A DNA stretch of 57,377 nt, counting the filler, from Catajapyx aquilonaris (Eukaryota), in NCBI GenBank assembly GCA_000934665.2. It is 2 parts of 2 records of this genome, joined end to end, with 100 filler letters (N's around TTAATTAATTAA, not from the genome) between each part and the next. Parts side by side here need not be neighbours in the genome. Positions count along the whole stretch, not along the records: positions 1 to 28,576 come from JYFJ02004897.1; 1 more part is not named here. The stretch is one strand, 5' to 3'. Positions 12,901 to 28,676 of this stretch are shown here, one piece after another. The notes beneath the pieces are model-generated. The model did not search any database, was not told where the DNA came from, and saw only the letters and a program-made list of their open reading frames with translations. Within the stretch, counting starts at the first letter, position 1, and each line of letters starts with the position of its first letter. Position numbers and translations under genes: made by a program.

Positions 12901-14532
12901 GGTCGAAATTGAGAGGATGCTCTACGGAAGCCAGTTAAGGCCAAAAATGCTTCTGGTGCATCAGTTCGGAAGGGGAGGGCAAAGTTACATGCCTGATTTA
13001 CTGTGGGATAAAAAACTGATGATTGAGTTAATCGCATTTTTTGTTGACATATTTAGAGGCATGGTTAAAACAGTGTCGGTTCTAACAATCAGGAGTTCAG
13101 TATTTGGGAACAATGGTAATTTACCACACGTTCTCTAAAAGAGCCAGTAAAGTGTGACAGTTTGGATGGGTATTGATTTATTTTATGAATTAATTACGTG
13201 ATGCGTACGGAATGTAGTGTTTATATGTTGTCTGATGATACGTCAATGTAAAATTCGATCCATAACAATTTCATGCGATTAACACATTATTTATGCTAAT
13301 TTTAAAAGGTTATTTGTGGATAATGCATTGTCATTGATCATTTAAAAAATTGCTTTCAAAATATATGGCTTTATATGGACATGTGTTTAATCGACTATAC
13401 TGCACGCCTATTACATGAAAAAAAATTTTTGTGGTTTATAATATTGATATAGGAACATTCTCTGGTTCTCTGCTATTTTGTACTCCTGTAATATTTTTTA
13501 TAATCATTATTTCATTCTGTATACCACCTGAGCGGATTGTGTGTTCAATGATAAATTCAAAACTAATAATGAATAATAAATGGAATGTGATCAACTCCGT
13601 GTGGTCGGTTTCAGTCATTTACATAACCCTGGAAAATTTTCCCACAAAAGTTCATCAATATCGTTCGGCTTGAACTCTTATAATAACTCGAGTTCTCCGG
13701 CTCTCTGCCATGCTGATCAAGTTAATATTCTAAGTAGAACATACACTGCATAAATCCACATATTACTAACTCTGTAACTGTAACTGTGTAAGTTATGAGT
13801 TATGGTATTTAACGTAACTAAAAAACTGCTTTGAAATTCTATATGCAGATTTTAATTTACTGATTCATTTCTTCAGATCAATTCGGGCACAATTTAAACA
13901 TGCTTGTGCGTAACAGTGACAATGCATAATTTTTGAGTGTCTATAAGAAGTAATAAATCAATTATAAATAATAATGGTATTTTTGTGACATATGTTGCAT
14001 ATTTGTTACATATGAAATCCTGCGTAATGAAAAATTAGTGAAATTGGAATTCTTTTTCCATCCTCAATAGTGTCAAAAAATTGCATTCATAATGATGGGC
14101 ATGCACACGTAGACAGTACCGTATATTCTAGTTCATCTATTCATTCATATTCATATGGAAGCAATTATTTAGTATATATGGTTTCTATTCATCTTCTGGA
14201 ATCCGAAAACTCATCAATGTAAAAGTCCATATCATGTTTGCTGCGTACAGTTTCCATCTTGTGACCCTGCGTATAAAATTGTTTGCACACGGTCGTAAAT
14301 AAGAGAGACTAAATAGCATAGACGAATATTTTTAAAAGTAATTTTATGGGTTTCAAAATTCAGGTACATCACCTTTTGAATAGTTTTACACACGTTATTT
14401 GTACATGGAATATCTGGTATTTCACACTGGTTCTAAAAATATAATTGTATTTTTCAAAATTAAGTTAAGTCGTTATTGTATAGGTATTCGAATTGAGCAA
14501 CTGAAACTTGTTGAGTCAACAATGTACAGAAA

Positions 14533-15130
14533 CGGTCCCGTATGTAATACCTACGAATGTAATACTGACGGATGAAAATACCGACAGGCGAAAAACCAAA
14601 ATCACGACACCGCCGAAATACTGAATAAAAATAATACCAACACTGCCGAAATACCGAATAAAAAAATAACGACACCGCGGAAATACCCAATGAAATAAAT
14701 AGCGACATCGCCAAAATACCTAATAGAATAAAATAATACTGATACAGGCGTATATAACAAAATAATGCATAATTATACCCGTTTGAATTATTTGTGAATT
14801 TGTAAGTAGGCCAAGTAGGGTTGGAAGAAAAATGATATAATTTGGTCCGGGTTCACTTGCAGGATAGAAAAATACTTATTTGACTGTAGGAGATATTGTT
14901 ATCCGGTCGAACCTATAAGTATCATTTTTTTTTTTCTTTACAGGCGTTTCGGTGGTGTCCGTATATTTTGGAGTAGGTACTTCGCCGGTGTCGGTATGTT
15001 TTTAAATTTGTATATTGGACGGTGACAGTATTTTTCCACCGGGGTATTTCGGCGATGTCAGTATTATTTTTTGGGGTATTTCGGCGCTCGGTATTTTGGG
15101 ATGTCGGGTCAATTTTAACACTTGTAACCG
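14533..15130. mobile_element. Foldback-like element with inverted arrays of subterminal repeats (possibly MULE-related)
   Basis: CGG...CCG ends; repeated ACACCGCCGAAATACC on the left and GGTATTTCGGCG on the right. No clear TSD. Confidence 0.6.
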
Positions 15131-16078
15131 ATTCATACACAAAACAACTAAACTATTGATAAATTGTTGAGAAAAACGGAATGTGTACCCTGTGGATCAA
15201 TACTTTAGGGCGTATATATACGCCCTATTAAAGTGACAGTATAATATGTGCATAGAGCGGCATAGAGCAACCAAGATCCCTACATCCGACAATCTGGCTC
15301 ATTCGCCGTAAGGGTGTGTAATGACGCGGATATGCAGATGGCCGTGGGGCGAGAGGCTGGCGACCACTAATGGCAGGGCAATAGTTTTAATGCTTCGAGT
15401 TCAAAGCTGGGATGTGGCAACGTTGGGAAGAACAATTCAATAAACTCTGCAAATCATAACTGGTGATGATGCAGTATTGATACAGTATTGTGCAATGTAT
15501 AATCGTATGCAAAAAACATTGCAAAGGATGTAGTGTAATAGGGCTGACAGATTGAGTAGTCTTGCAGTGGGAAATGTAGTCAAAATATTGCATAATGTAT
15601 TTGCATAATCAAGAGCTTGGTATAATGGAATAATTTGCGCGAAATATACTTGTACGGTACAGATGTTACAATAAGTTTCCAAATAACTTGAATTTGCTCT
15701 CTTTAGTGAAAAACATGCCGGAGATAGCTCTTATTCATATTTTATGAAAATTGTTAGAACGGCATTTATCCTCTTTTGGAAAATTAATATTGTCCCTGTT
15801 CTTGTGCGCCATCTGGTGGCTGAAATACTTTATAATTATAACGAGCGATGCTGCTGACCTCCGCCTTCTTATGCTCCTCTCCATCCTGCTTGGCTGTAAC
15901 CTCAGAGCAATAGACGTGCTGTTGTTATCACCAGTCCGAGTATGATTTTTACGGAACCCATCAGTATTAGGACTCATGAGCCTGCCTAGTCGGTACCGGA
16001 CCTCACAAAATATTATGGAGTTTTACAATATTGAATAATTGATTATTAGAGATCAAACACAAGTAGTTTCAGGCAATA

Positions 16079-16410
16079 CAGGTTGAGAATCCTTTATTCA
16101 AAATTCCAAACCCCGAAAACCTTCAAAATCTTAATGTTTTCTAAAATGCTGACATGACGCATCAGAAATGAAAAACTCTATGAGTACAGTATAACATGAT
16201 GACTAGCATCATTACCAGTATCTGTACTTATACCAAATTCTTTATAGTATATAAGACGACCTCCAGGGTCCACGTATAACCTCTATTAAGAAATGAACAT
16301 GAATGTCTTCAGGCATTTATCCCATCCGAAAGGTTTCCGAAATCTTCAAATATACTTCAAATATACCGTACCAATACAGAAATGCAAAATCTGAAACCCT
16401 TCCAGTCTCA
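16079..16410 (+). mobile_element. Tigger/pogo-like DNA transposon fragment
   Basis: TA|CAGGTTGAGAATCC...CCGAAAA...CTGACATGACGC resembles Tigger4/MER46-type left ends. Confidence 0.45.
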
Positions 16411-17132
16411 AAAACCGAATAATTTTATAAAATGTACATATATCATGAAATAAAACCATTTCTTCAACAACAAGTGACTCAACAATTTGACACTTGTATA
16501 ATTATTGTAAACAAAATAAAATTAAAATGCTATATCTTTCCATTTCTAGCTTTGGCACGCTGGGTACAAAACATTTCGACCCATACATATCAGTTGACGA
16601 TTTCTTGTCATTTTTAAAATTTACAATCTGAAGCACCACCCCCTCCCCCTCCCCCCAAATTTAGTGTCGAAGGATTTGTATACCGGTACTACAGATTTCC
16701 TATCATATTCTTACTATACTCTTTTCTCTAAACATGATGCAGAAACTTTCAACGTAAACCCTTTATTTAAACGCCATTATAACTGCGAATATCTAATGTC
16801 AGAAGCAGCACTTCCCAGCATTATTTTGTAGAATATCTAAAAAGCATATAAAATGCAAAGCTACAAAATTATATCCGGAAATCTCACATCATGACCATAT
16901 GACATATTTAAAAACCCGGACAATTCCCATAAGTTAATATGCTGCCAATGCAATGATACTGGCGGAATTACAAGGAGTATTGATCAAGGCGTAAAACATA
17001 TTTGTCTTTAATGTCAACAAACTTATTAAGATTGCATGAATTAGTAGAAATACTGTATTAATTTTGTATATAATTATCTTATAAATAGGAATTCGGTAAA
17101 TACAAGTTCTGCCTGTTTAGCAGAGTATAATA

Positions 17133-17834
17133 CGGGTGTTTATAAAAAAACGGTGGAGTTTCGTAAGTGAATAAAACGACTGTTTACAACCTTACATGGG
17201 TGTGTAACCTGCACCATTAGGAAGAGCAAAGGTCCAGGTTTGAGATAAGTTATCAAAGGTTAATTTATGGTCACTCCAGAGCCACTGCATGGCCAGTTTC
17301 TAAAATGGTGACTCTGCAGGAGGAGGCATTCTGTGTTTCCGAGGAAAGTCAGTGACGAGACACTAGAGGAACTCGGGAAGTAGTGAATTTTGAATATTCC
17401 GAAAACGACAGTCTGGAAGGTGTTGACTACTGCACTGATATGAAATGTGGCTTTATCACTGAAAACGAGCAATTCTACGAAACCACCTTCCTCCATTTTT
17501 AATTGCATTTCCGTGCGAAAGTCACTTCTTTTCACCTTGTCTGCTGGTGTTAGGGCCTACACCAACCGCAACTTGTACAATTATTTAACACAACACCTTT
17601 CAGACTGTCGTTTTTGGCATGTTCAATTCCCTGTTTCCTTGAAAACACAGAATCATGCTTCCTCCTGCAGAATCGCCATTTTGGAAACTGGTCTTGCATG
17701 GTCCTGCGGTGACCATAAATGAACTGTTGGTAATTCATCTCAAACTTGGACCTTTGCTCTTCCTACTGGTGCAGGTTACTCAGCTGTTTCATTCACTTAC
17801 GAAACCCCACCATTATTTAATAAATATATATACG
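17133..17834. mobile_element. Two diverged mariner-type 5' ends in inverted orientation, with a transposase remnant
   Basis: 17150-17428 is the diverged reverse complement of about 17590-17810. The minus strand encodes LVFSDKATFHIS, matching the FSDEATFH first catalytic motif. Confidence 0.7.
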
Positions 17835-18369
17835 TATATACACGTATTATACTGTTATGAAAATAGCCGAAAGTTTTGTCTGGAAAATGTTCATAAAATG
17901 TCTCTGCTGCACTTTTCATCACTTTTGAATTGCTTTATTTCGAAGGTATTTTATTTTCGTTTTGAAAACAAACTGTAATATAGTCACTGAGGGCCAGGTC
18001 AGGGTCATACTCGTAGAAGCCACAGTCCTTGTTTAATTGCACTAGAAGTCAGACCTTCCTCAATGAGCAAATCAGTACTCGATTTTAAACACGATTTGAA
18101 AATAATGGTACAACACATCTGACGTAAGTTGAGTGTTCCCGAGTCTGACGCAATTTGGGAGGAGAGACCTATATTTGTCCCATTCATAAATTGCAATACC
18201 TGCACATTCGTGTCATTTTATTCCCGTCACCCTGACCGGAATGTTTTGGCGCCTAGCTCGTATGATGCACATTTTGATGGGTTTAATCGTCATTTGTTTT
18301 TTCTCAAATCTAATTATTACGGCATGTGCAATGTGCACTACAAGTAACACCATCATCCTCAAGTGACAC

Positions 18370-18870
18370 GTGCCTTTATACCTACTTGGCACTCCACCCT
18401 TATACACAGAACTTGATATTGATGATCAATATTTTCAACTACTAGAACGCTTCACCGTGATTTTGTATGATAAGAACTGTGAACTGGACAATGTGAATGA
18501 AGCCAGGAAGGAGCTGTTCTGTCAGAAGAGTAAGTCAATGGAGAAACTTCCACCAACGAAGGACGCACTACTCCAACCTGACTCCAACACTCCAAGCGGG
18601 CTGTATATCAGGCAGGAGTATAATATGGTGTACCAGTGAGCACAGTCAACAGCATGCTCCTAATCCGGAAGGCTGGGGCTGGACTCAGAAAGAAGACAGT
18701 GCATAATGGGTTCCTGTATATATGGAACATTTCACCTATTTCTTCAAAGGCATGTACTGAATTGGTTTGATGTAATTGTAAGAGTCAAAGAGGGTGCACT
18801 GGTAGGTGTGTTTGCAGAACTGCTCGTTGGAATTGTAGCTACTGAACTGTGCAAATGTCGATGTCTGAAT
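18370..18870 (+). pseudogene. Academ-type transposase C-terminal remnant (XPG-associated region plus Cys8 zinc finger)
   Basis: VNEARKELF...LPPTKDALLQ, PNPEGWGW, then CNCKSQRGCTGRCVC...CTELCKCRC, read across frameshifts and stops. Confidence 0.7.
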
Positions 18871-19232
18871 AATACATGAGCAATTCATGTGAAGCCAATC
18901 CTTCATATCATTCAACTTCTTACATCTATAATATTAAAATGCTTGCGGACGGGGGCCGAGCCCTCTGATTGGTCCGCCCCCGTATTGTTGCCGCCACCTC
19001 TTCCTATTGGCCCCCGTCCATTGTTGCTGCGTCGTATCCATGGCGCATTGTTACCATGAAGCCTCCGATTGGCCCCCGTTCCGAGCATGCGCAGTGGGGG
19101 TGGAACACGTCCAGTTGCATGTTGACCTCCGTGGGTGAAGGTCGCTTTTTTTCCGGTCTTTCCCGCCTCGGTCATCGTCACGCCGGACCTTTTACCCTTC
19201 TCCTACCACCCTACCTGTGCCCCCCTCGCCAC

Positions 19233-19485
19233 CGGCTCATGTCAAGTATACGGGACATTCGCCGAATCAATTTGTTCGTAACCTAGCGACTTACGATTCG
19301 ACCTGACCCATGACAATGACCCCATCTGTATTCTGACCAAGCTTGAGGAATTATTAATCCCGGGGCCCCTGGTCACTTCCCCGACTTCAAACCCAGAAGC
19401 AAAACAACGAATCAAAGGGTCGGCAGGCTGCAGGTACTGTTTCCTAATTGATTCGGCGAATGTCCCGCATACTTGACTTCAGCCG
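19233..19485. mobile_element. MITE with about 40-bp TIRs
   Basis: GTCAAGTATACGGGACATTCGCCGAATCAATT (19241) versus AATTGATTCGGCGAATGTCCCGCATACTTGAC (to 19477), one mismatch. Confidence 0.7.
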
Positions 19486-19757
19486 CGCGCCGGCTTATTG
19501 AAAAATGGCCGTATGCACTGGTGGAGAAATGTTCCAAATTCGAAACGTTAGCATTATTGGTCGGACTGCTCTGTTACTGCGCGCGTAGGCCTACCACATG
19601 CGGTGCTTTCACAGCTGGGAAGTGCAGTACACGGTCTTCGAGGCACTACTTTCGGTGTAGTGTCGGAAACTTACTATACCGTCGAATACGTAGAATCGAT
19701 CGTAAGAAGGCGGGTTGCAAACCTCCCACTTTCGAATTATTAGCCTGGAATGTATAT

Positions 19758-19846
19758 ATTGTTGTTTTTCAAGTTGTGCCAACTGGCAGATCGTTTATAC
19801 AGTTATACTGAAGGTTATTGAGTTGGCACAACTGGCAACCAACAAT
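19758..19846. repeat. Small palindrome; internal part of the MITE family at 45487-45677
   Basis: Shared AGTTGTGCCAACT...AGTTGGCACAACTGG arms. Confidence 0.6.
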
Positions 19847-20065
19847 TATTGGTAGGATTTTGGGCCGTTTCTTTCCTTCTTTTCGTTCAAAATTCGATGT
19901 AGGAGTGATATTAATGAATAACAACTTTGCGCCAAAATTAACCGTTTAAATTCGTGGTGGTCCTTTTTATTGTAAAATGCCGGGGGGAAAAATCATCTAC
20001 AGGCGGGTGGCCCGGAAATATACTTTTTAGAATCGTCCGGCTCTCAGTTTACTCAGTCACTATAC

Positions 20066-20293
20066 CAGTGGTTTCCAACCTGGGGGTCGCCGGCAGGGTC
20101 GCGGGTGGTCGCGAGCCTTTGTTCTTTTTTTTTGTTTTTGCAATTTCTGTGTAACTTGAACCATTTTTGCGGCCGTACAGAGTGTATATGTTTTCTGGAA
20201 ATGGGTCAGTTGTAGCAGGGGGGTGGGTGGGGGTCGCACATTTATGGAAACATGTTTAAGGGGTCGCAGTTGGTAAAAGGTTGGAAACGACTG
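20066..20293. mobile_element. hAT (Charlie-like) MITE
   Basis: TIRs CAGTGGTTTCCAACCT / AGGTTGGAAACGACTG with internal GGGGTCGC motifs; ends exactly at the single N at 20294. Confidence 0.8.
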
Positions 20294-20656
20294 NGGTCCA
20301 GACTTTACGGGCCACCCTGTACTGAGGGAACATCTTTACATAAACGATCACGTGGGAGCAACGTGACCTTGGCATATACGACTCAACTTGGGGGGAATCT
20401 GGAGTTGCTATGGTGGTTGAGTCACCTTCCAAGAGATGGCAGGAGCATATTGAACCGGGTTTGGCACCGCAAAGGTCGCCTTCTCTATGCACATCCTCGC
20501 GCGCCAAATTCAAAAACTCTCAGGACATAATAATAACTATGACGTCAAAGGTTTAATATAAGGAGGGGGGAGGCAGGCGGGAGAGTGGTCGGGGGGAGGG
20601 GAGTATGATGCGGATAATTGTTGGATGAGCATCATTAAGAACATGACCTACACCTC

Positions 20657-20746
20657 AGGCCGCAGGCCTAGAAAAGAGCGAGCGAAGCGAGTGGTTTTCT
20701 TGGCCTGCGCCCTAGGAAAATACGAGCGGAGCGAGGGTTTTCCTAG
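20657..20746 (+). mobile_element. Possible Helitron-type 3' end
   Basis: GCGAGCGAAGCGAG motifs, hairpin CTAGGAAAA...TTTTCCTAG, terminal CTAG followed by T. Confidence 0.4.
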
Positions 20747-20861
20747 TAGTACTATAAGACTAAGGAGTGGAGAGTGGAGTTTATAAAAATCTATTTACAG
20801 TAGTTACTGATTACTTTTTGAATTGCTTAAGTCAGGGGCAAGTGTCTTGGTAGGTAATAAG

Positions 20862-21671
20862 TAATGAATGGATTTCTACGTTCTAAAAAACCATCAAATA
20901 TGTAGGCATTTAGGCCCTGAAAACAGTCAAAATAGATCCTTAATAGCAGGGGTAGAAATATTCGGATGCAAAGGTGCAATTTGCACTCCAATTGACTGCT
21001 TTTAAACATGGCTATACCCAGTAATTAAAAAATTAAGCACTCCAAGTTAGCAATTTGCACTCCAGATTAAAGTCTGGAGTGCAAACTTTGCATCTGGACA
21101 AAAATGTTAAAATTCGACCCCTGTAATAGGCAGTAAAAATCAAGCAGGCCCAAATTATTTTCATTTCTACACTATTACAGCCTACTCTTGGCAGTGGAAT
21201 TTTGCAGCACAGTAACAAACTAGCAGTTGTTCCATATTTTTGTTGGTTGGTTGCAGTTGTCGCGACGCCTATCTGACAATACATATCTACACGCTGAAAA
21301 TGACCTTTTCATGTCACTCAAAGCAACTTGATCATACTTGAAAAGTGAAATGTCTTCTGTAGCCAGTTCATATGGCATGCCTACAGCTTATTCACCCTTC
21401 ACAGGTTGAAGTGGGAGGGATTCCTTGAACGGAACACCCACAGTACTCTCGAAAATCTTAAAACGGCGTGAAAAATGTCAAAATATGTGAAAATAGGCGC
21501 TAATAGGCCATTTAGGTTCCATTCCAACACCCGAAATATGCAATTTTAAGTTTCTATAGAACTACGATTTTTGAGGTCTTTATGTTATGAAATGGATAGA
21601 AATGATATTGTGGTTCTGTTGTTCTGGCCACAGAATAAAAAATAAGTAAAAACTGAGAAATCCATTCTCTA
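20862..21671 (-). mobile_element. Non-autonomous hAT element, copy 1 (upstream of the first visible Ogt exon)
   Basis: 8-bp TSD GTAATAAG (20854-20861 and 21672-21679), degenerate TAGAGAATGGATTTCT-type TIRs, colinear with 26675-27292. Confidence 0.85.
20947..21123. mobile_element. Small TIR element nested in hAT copy 1
   Basis: CAGGGGTAGAAAT / AATTCGACCCCTG ends, TAATAG duplicated on both sides, absent from copy 2 (empty site). Confidence 0.85.
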
Positions 21672-21783
21672 GTAATAAGGGGAGGCCAGACACATGACAT
21701 GCTCTGATGTCATTCCACTTGAATACATGACAACTAAAATATGCTTTAACCCTTTCAATAGATATAGTCAAGACTTGAAATAA

Positions 21784-25034
<3,251 letters not shown>

Positions 25035-25321
25035 TGAGTGTCATTTTGTCTCTCTGCTTTGGTTTTAAAATCTTGAGTGGTCCAATATTTACATTCTTAC
25101 ATTTTTACAAGAGCCACTTGTGCTTTTCTAAGAAATGGTGAAGCATCTTAGCAAAGTATTTGGAAACATGTTGGAAAAATTTGGCCCACATGTATCTTGT
25201 TTCCATTTTCTGTATAGCCTAATCTCAGTAGTACTTCTCTGGAAATACCACTTATGATATCTTCCCATTCGACTTTTCTTGAAACACTAATGTGGAAAAT
25301 TGTCCCCTCTTGGACCCGTAG

Positions 25322-25740
25322 CCTAATAGATCTCGCCATTGACACATACCGGCGTGCCATTGAGCTTCAGCCAAACTTCCCTGATGCATATTGCAACCTA
25401 GCAAATGCTCTGAAGGAGAAGGGACAAGTGACCGAGGCAGAGGAATGCTACAACACTGCACTGCGCCTTTGCCCAACCCATGCTGATTCCCTCAACAACC
25501 TGGCTAACATTAAGAGGGAACAAGGCTTCATTGAGGAAGCTACTCGTCTCTACCTAAAGGCTCTGGAAGTTTTCCCAGAGTTTGCTGCCGCCCACTCCAA
25601 CCTAGCTTCAGTTCTGCAGCAACAAGGGAAGCTCAATGAAGCACTCATGCATTACAAAGAAGCCATCCGCATACAGCCCACCTTTGCTGATGCATACTCC
25701 AACATGGGAAACACACTCAAGGAGATGCAGGACATACAAG
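25322..25740 (+). CDS. Ogt: O-GlcNAc transferase exon (TPRs)
   Basis: cgtag|C...G|gtgggt; [26 protein letters not shown]...[12 protein letters not shown]. Confidence 0.97.
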
Positions 25741-26011
25741 GTGGGTTGGTTATGGGAAAGGTGGAGTTAAGTAAAATTATCAACATGTAAATTCTTGTTA
25801 AAATTTGCGGGAGTACAGATTGCAGTGATTGTTTGTAAAAGTTGCAGTGTTGAACACATGTGGATCTTGCAATTCTGAGTTCACTTTGAATAGTCCATTC
25901 ATTTCTCATTGACTTGAATAATCTGATCTGCAGAGTAAGTTGTTACCAAATACTGAAGTCATGCCATCTGACATTTTCATGGTTTTTCCTTTCCCATCTT
26001 TGATTTGATAG

Positions 26012-26622
26012 GAGCTCTCCAATGCTACACCCGAGCCATTCAAATAAACCCAGCTTTTGCAGACGCCCACTCAAACCTGGCGTCAATCCACAAGGACTCG
26101 GGTAACATTCCTGAGGCAATCCAGTCGTATCGAACAGCTCTGAAACTGAAGCCCGACTTTCCTGATGCCTACTGCAATCTGGCCCATTGCCTCCAAATAG
26201 TATGCGACTGGTCTGACTATGAGCCCCGCATGAAGAAGCTGGTAGCTATTGTGGCTGACCAGTTAGAGAAGAACCGACTGCCATCAGTCCATCCGCATCA
26301 TTCCATGCTCTACCCTCTAAGCCACGACTTCCGCAAAGCTATTGCTGCCAGGCATGCTAACTTGTGCCTGGAGAAGATTCATGTTCTCCATAAGCCACCT
26401 TATAAGTTTCCACGGGAGCTTGTCCCTCACGGCCGTCTTCGTATTGGATACGTCTCCTCTGACTTTGGGAATCATCCCACTTCCCATCTTATGCAGTCAA
26501 TCCCTGGCATGCACAACCGAGATAAGATTGAGGTGTTCTGCTATGCTCTGAGTCCAGATGATGGAACTACCTTCCGAGCCAGAATTACAAGGCGCTCGGA
26601 GCACTTCATAGATCTCTCACAG
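26012..26622 (+). CDS. Ogt: O-GlcNAc transferase exon (last TPRs and N-terminal catalytic lobe)
   Basis: gatag|GA...CAG|gtacag; contains [14 protein letters not shown] and [20 protein letters not shown]. Confidence 0.98.
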
Positions 26623-26674
26623 GTACAGAATGTGGAATTTTTTGATTTTTAAATTGCCAGATTTTTGTGATCAT

Positions 26675-27292
26675 TAAGGAACTGATTTTTAGGTTCTAAA
26701 AAAACCCTCAAATAGGTAGGCATTTAGGCCTGGAAAACAGGCAAAAGAGGCTCTAATAGGCAGTAAAAATCAAGCAGGTCTTAATTATTTTCATTTCTAC
26801 ACACTACTACAGCCTACTCTTGGCCATGGAATTTTGCAGCACAGATACAAACTAGCAGCATTTCCATATTTTCGTTGGTTAGTTGCAGTTATTCGCTGAC
26901 GCTTGTCGGACAATACATTTCTACATGCTGAAAATGACCTTTTGACGTCACACAAAGCAACTGTATCATACTTGAAAAGTGAAATGTCTTCTATAGCCAG
27001 TTCATCTGGCATACCTACAGCTTATTCGCCCTTCACAGGTTGAAGTGGGAGGGATTCCTTGAACGGAAAACCCGCAGTACTCTCGAAAATCATACAAGCT
27101 GTCAGAAAGGTCGAAATAGGTGAAAATAGGTGCTAGTAGGCCGTTTAGGTTCCAACGCCCAAAATAAGCAATTTTAGGTTCTAGAGAACTATGATTTTTG
27201 AGGTCCTTATGTTATGAATGGGTAGATATTTTGGTTCTGGTGTTCTGCGTACAGAATATAAAGTAGGTTAAAACCTAGAAATCCGTTCTCTA
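26675..27292 (-). mobile_element. Non-autonomous hAT element, copy 2 (in an Ogt intron)
   Basis: 8-bp TSD GTGATCAT (26667-26674 and 27293-27300), about 21-bp TIRs. The minus strand retains FKYDTVALCDVKRSFS...LSDKR, a decayed hAT C-terminal dimerisation motif. Confidence 0.9.
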
Positions 27293-27421
27293 GTGATCAT
27301 GCAACCAGTCTTAAGTGTGTAGAGTTTAAGCAATCCTACACCATTCGAGTGAATACATATTTATAGGCAATTGGCAGTGCTGACTAACAGTTGTTGATAA
27401 GGGGTAATTTTCTTATTCCAG

Positions 27422-28174
27422 GTGCCCTGCAATGGCAAGGCAGCTGACCGTATCAATGCTGATGGCATACATATCCTAGTGAACATGAATGGATACACTA
27501 AAGGTGCACGAAATGAGATATTTGCCTTGAGGCCTGCTCCAATCCAAGTTATGTGGCTGGGATACCCAGGGACCAGCGGAGCTCCTTTCATGGACTATTT
27601 GGTGACTGACCGAGTCACTTCTCCCTTGGAGCTAGCTTCCCATTATTCTGAGAAGCTAACGTACATGCCGCACACCTACTTCATTGGGGATCATAAGCAG
27701 ATGTTCCCACATCTGCAGGAGAGAGTGGTGGTCACATCCGACAGGGCTGGCGCAGGCAAGGATGTAGCAGACAATGTTGCAGTAATCAATGCCGCTGATC
27801 TCTCCCCCGTTATACGGAACACTGATGTGAAGGAAATTCGTGAGGTGGTCACAGTCACTACCACAGCTTCGACAACCCAACCGGGCGAGCAGCGTCCCGT
27901 GGAGATATCTCTGAAAGTGGCTGAGCTACCCACCGATACAATTGAGAATATGATTGCATCAGGTCAAGTTCAGACCTCGGTGAATGGGATTGTCGTGCAG
28001 AATGGGTTGGCAACGAATCAGACTAACAACAAGGCAGCTACTGGGGAGGAGGTGCCTCAAAGCATTCTGGTCACCACTCGTCAGCAGTATGGCCTTCCTG
28101 AGGATGCTGTGGTATATTGCAACTTTAACCAGCTGTATAAGATTGACCCAGCAACCCTACATATGTGGGTTAAT
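27422..28174 (+). CDS. Ogt: O-GlcNAc transferase exon (N-catalytic lobe, intervening domain, start of C-catalytic lobe)
   Basis: tccag|GTG...AAT|gtgagt; [37 protein letters not shown]...[14 protein letters not shown]. Confidence 0.98.
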
Positions 28175-28241
28175 GTGAGTATTTTGAATATAACTTGGAT
28201 TGAAGATCTTGTGCTCTTCTTCTGTGTTATTCTTGCACTTA

Positions 28242-28576
28242 CAGTAAAACTTCTATAAGTCGAATCTCCATGGGACCAGAAAAAAACTTGAGTTATAGAA
28301 GATTCGAGTTATAGTCCGGGTGCTAAGGGGTTGAACTTTGCATTTTGTGACAAAAGTATGAAACTCGGTACACTTGTCCTTTGGACACTTCTGATCATAT
28401 CTGGACGTGGAGCCACGATGACCCACCCCGGTGGTGGTCCATTTCGCAGGGTTTCCATAACTACCAGATGCAGCATCCCTTTAGGACCTTGTATTGGGCG
28501 ACAAAAACATGAAACTCGCCACAATTGGTCTTTGGACACTTCTGAACATGTCTGCATGTTGGGCCATGATGACTGA
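28242..28576 (+). mobile_element. Left end of a pogo/Tigger-like element, truncated by the spacer
   Basis: TA|CAGTAAAACTTCTATAAGTCGAA...GATTCGAGTTATAG, a typical TIR with internal repeats. Confidence 0.5.
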
Positions 28577-28676
28577 NNNNNNNNNNNNNNNNNNNNNNNN
28601 NNNNNNNNNNNNNNNNNNNNTTAATTAATTAANNNNNNNNNNNNNNNNNNNNNNNNNNNNNNNNNNNNNNNNNNNN
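28577..28676. other. Artificial contig/scaffold linker N44-TTAATTAATTAA-N44
   Basis: A six-frame stop linker inside Ns, total exactly 100 bp. Confidence 0.95.

Noticed and set aside
12588..13037. Upstream part of the 281-aa ORF as coding
   Set aside because: Runs through a (CT)n tract and GC-rich UTR-like sequence; the signal-peptide-like segment begins only at ATG 12587.
15735..15977. 80-aa minus-strand ORF as a gene
   Set aside because: No recognisable domain and no convincing splice context.
19486..19750. Ogt promoter or first exon
   Set aside because: GC-rich with an AAAATGGCCG motif but no Ogt-coding sequence, and separated from the gene by a suspect N join; cannot be supported.
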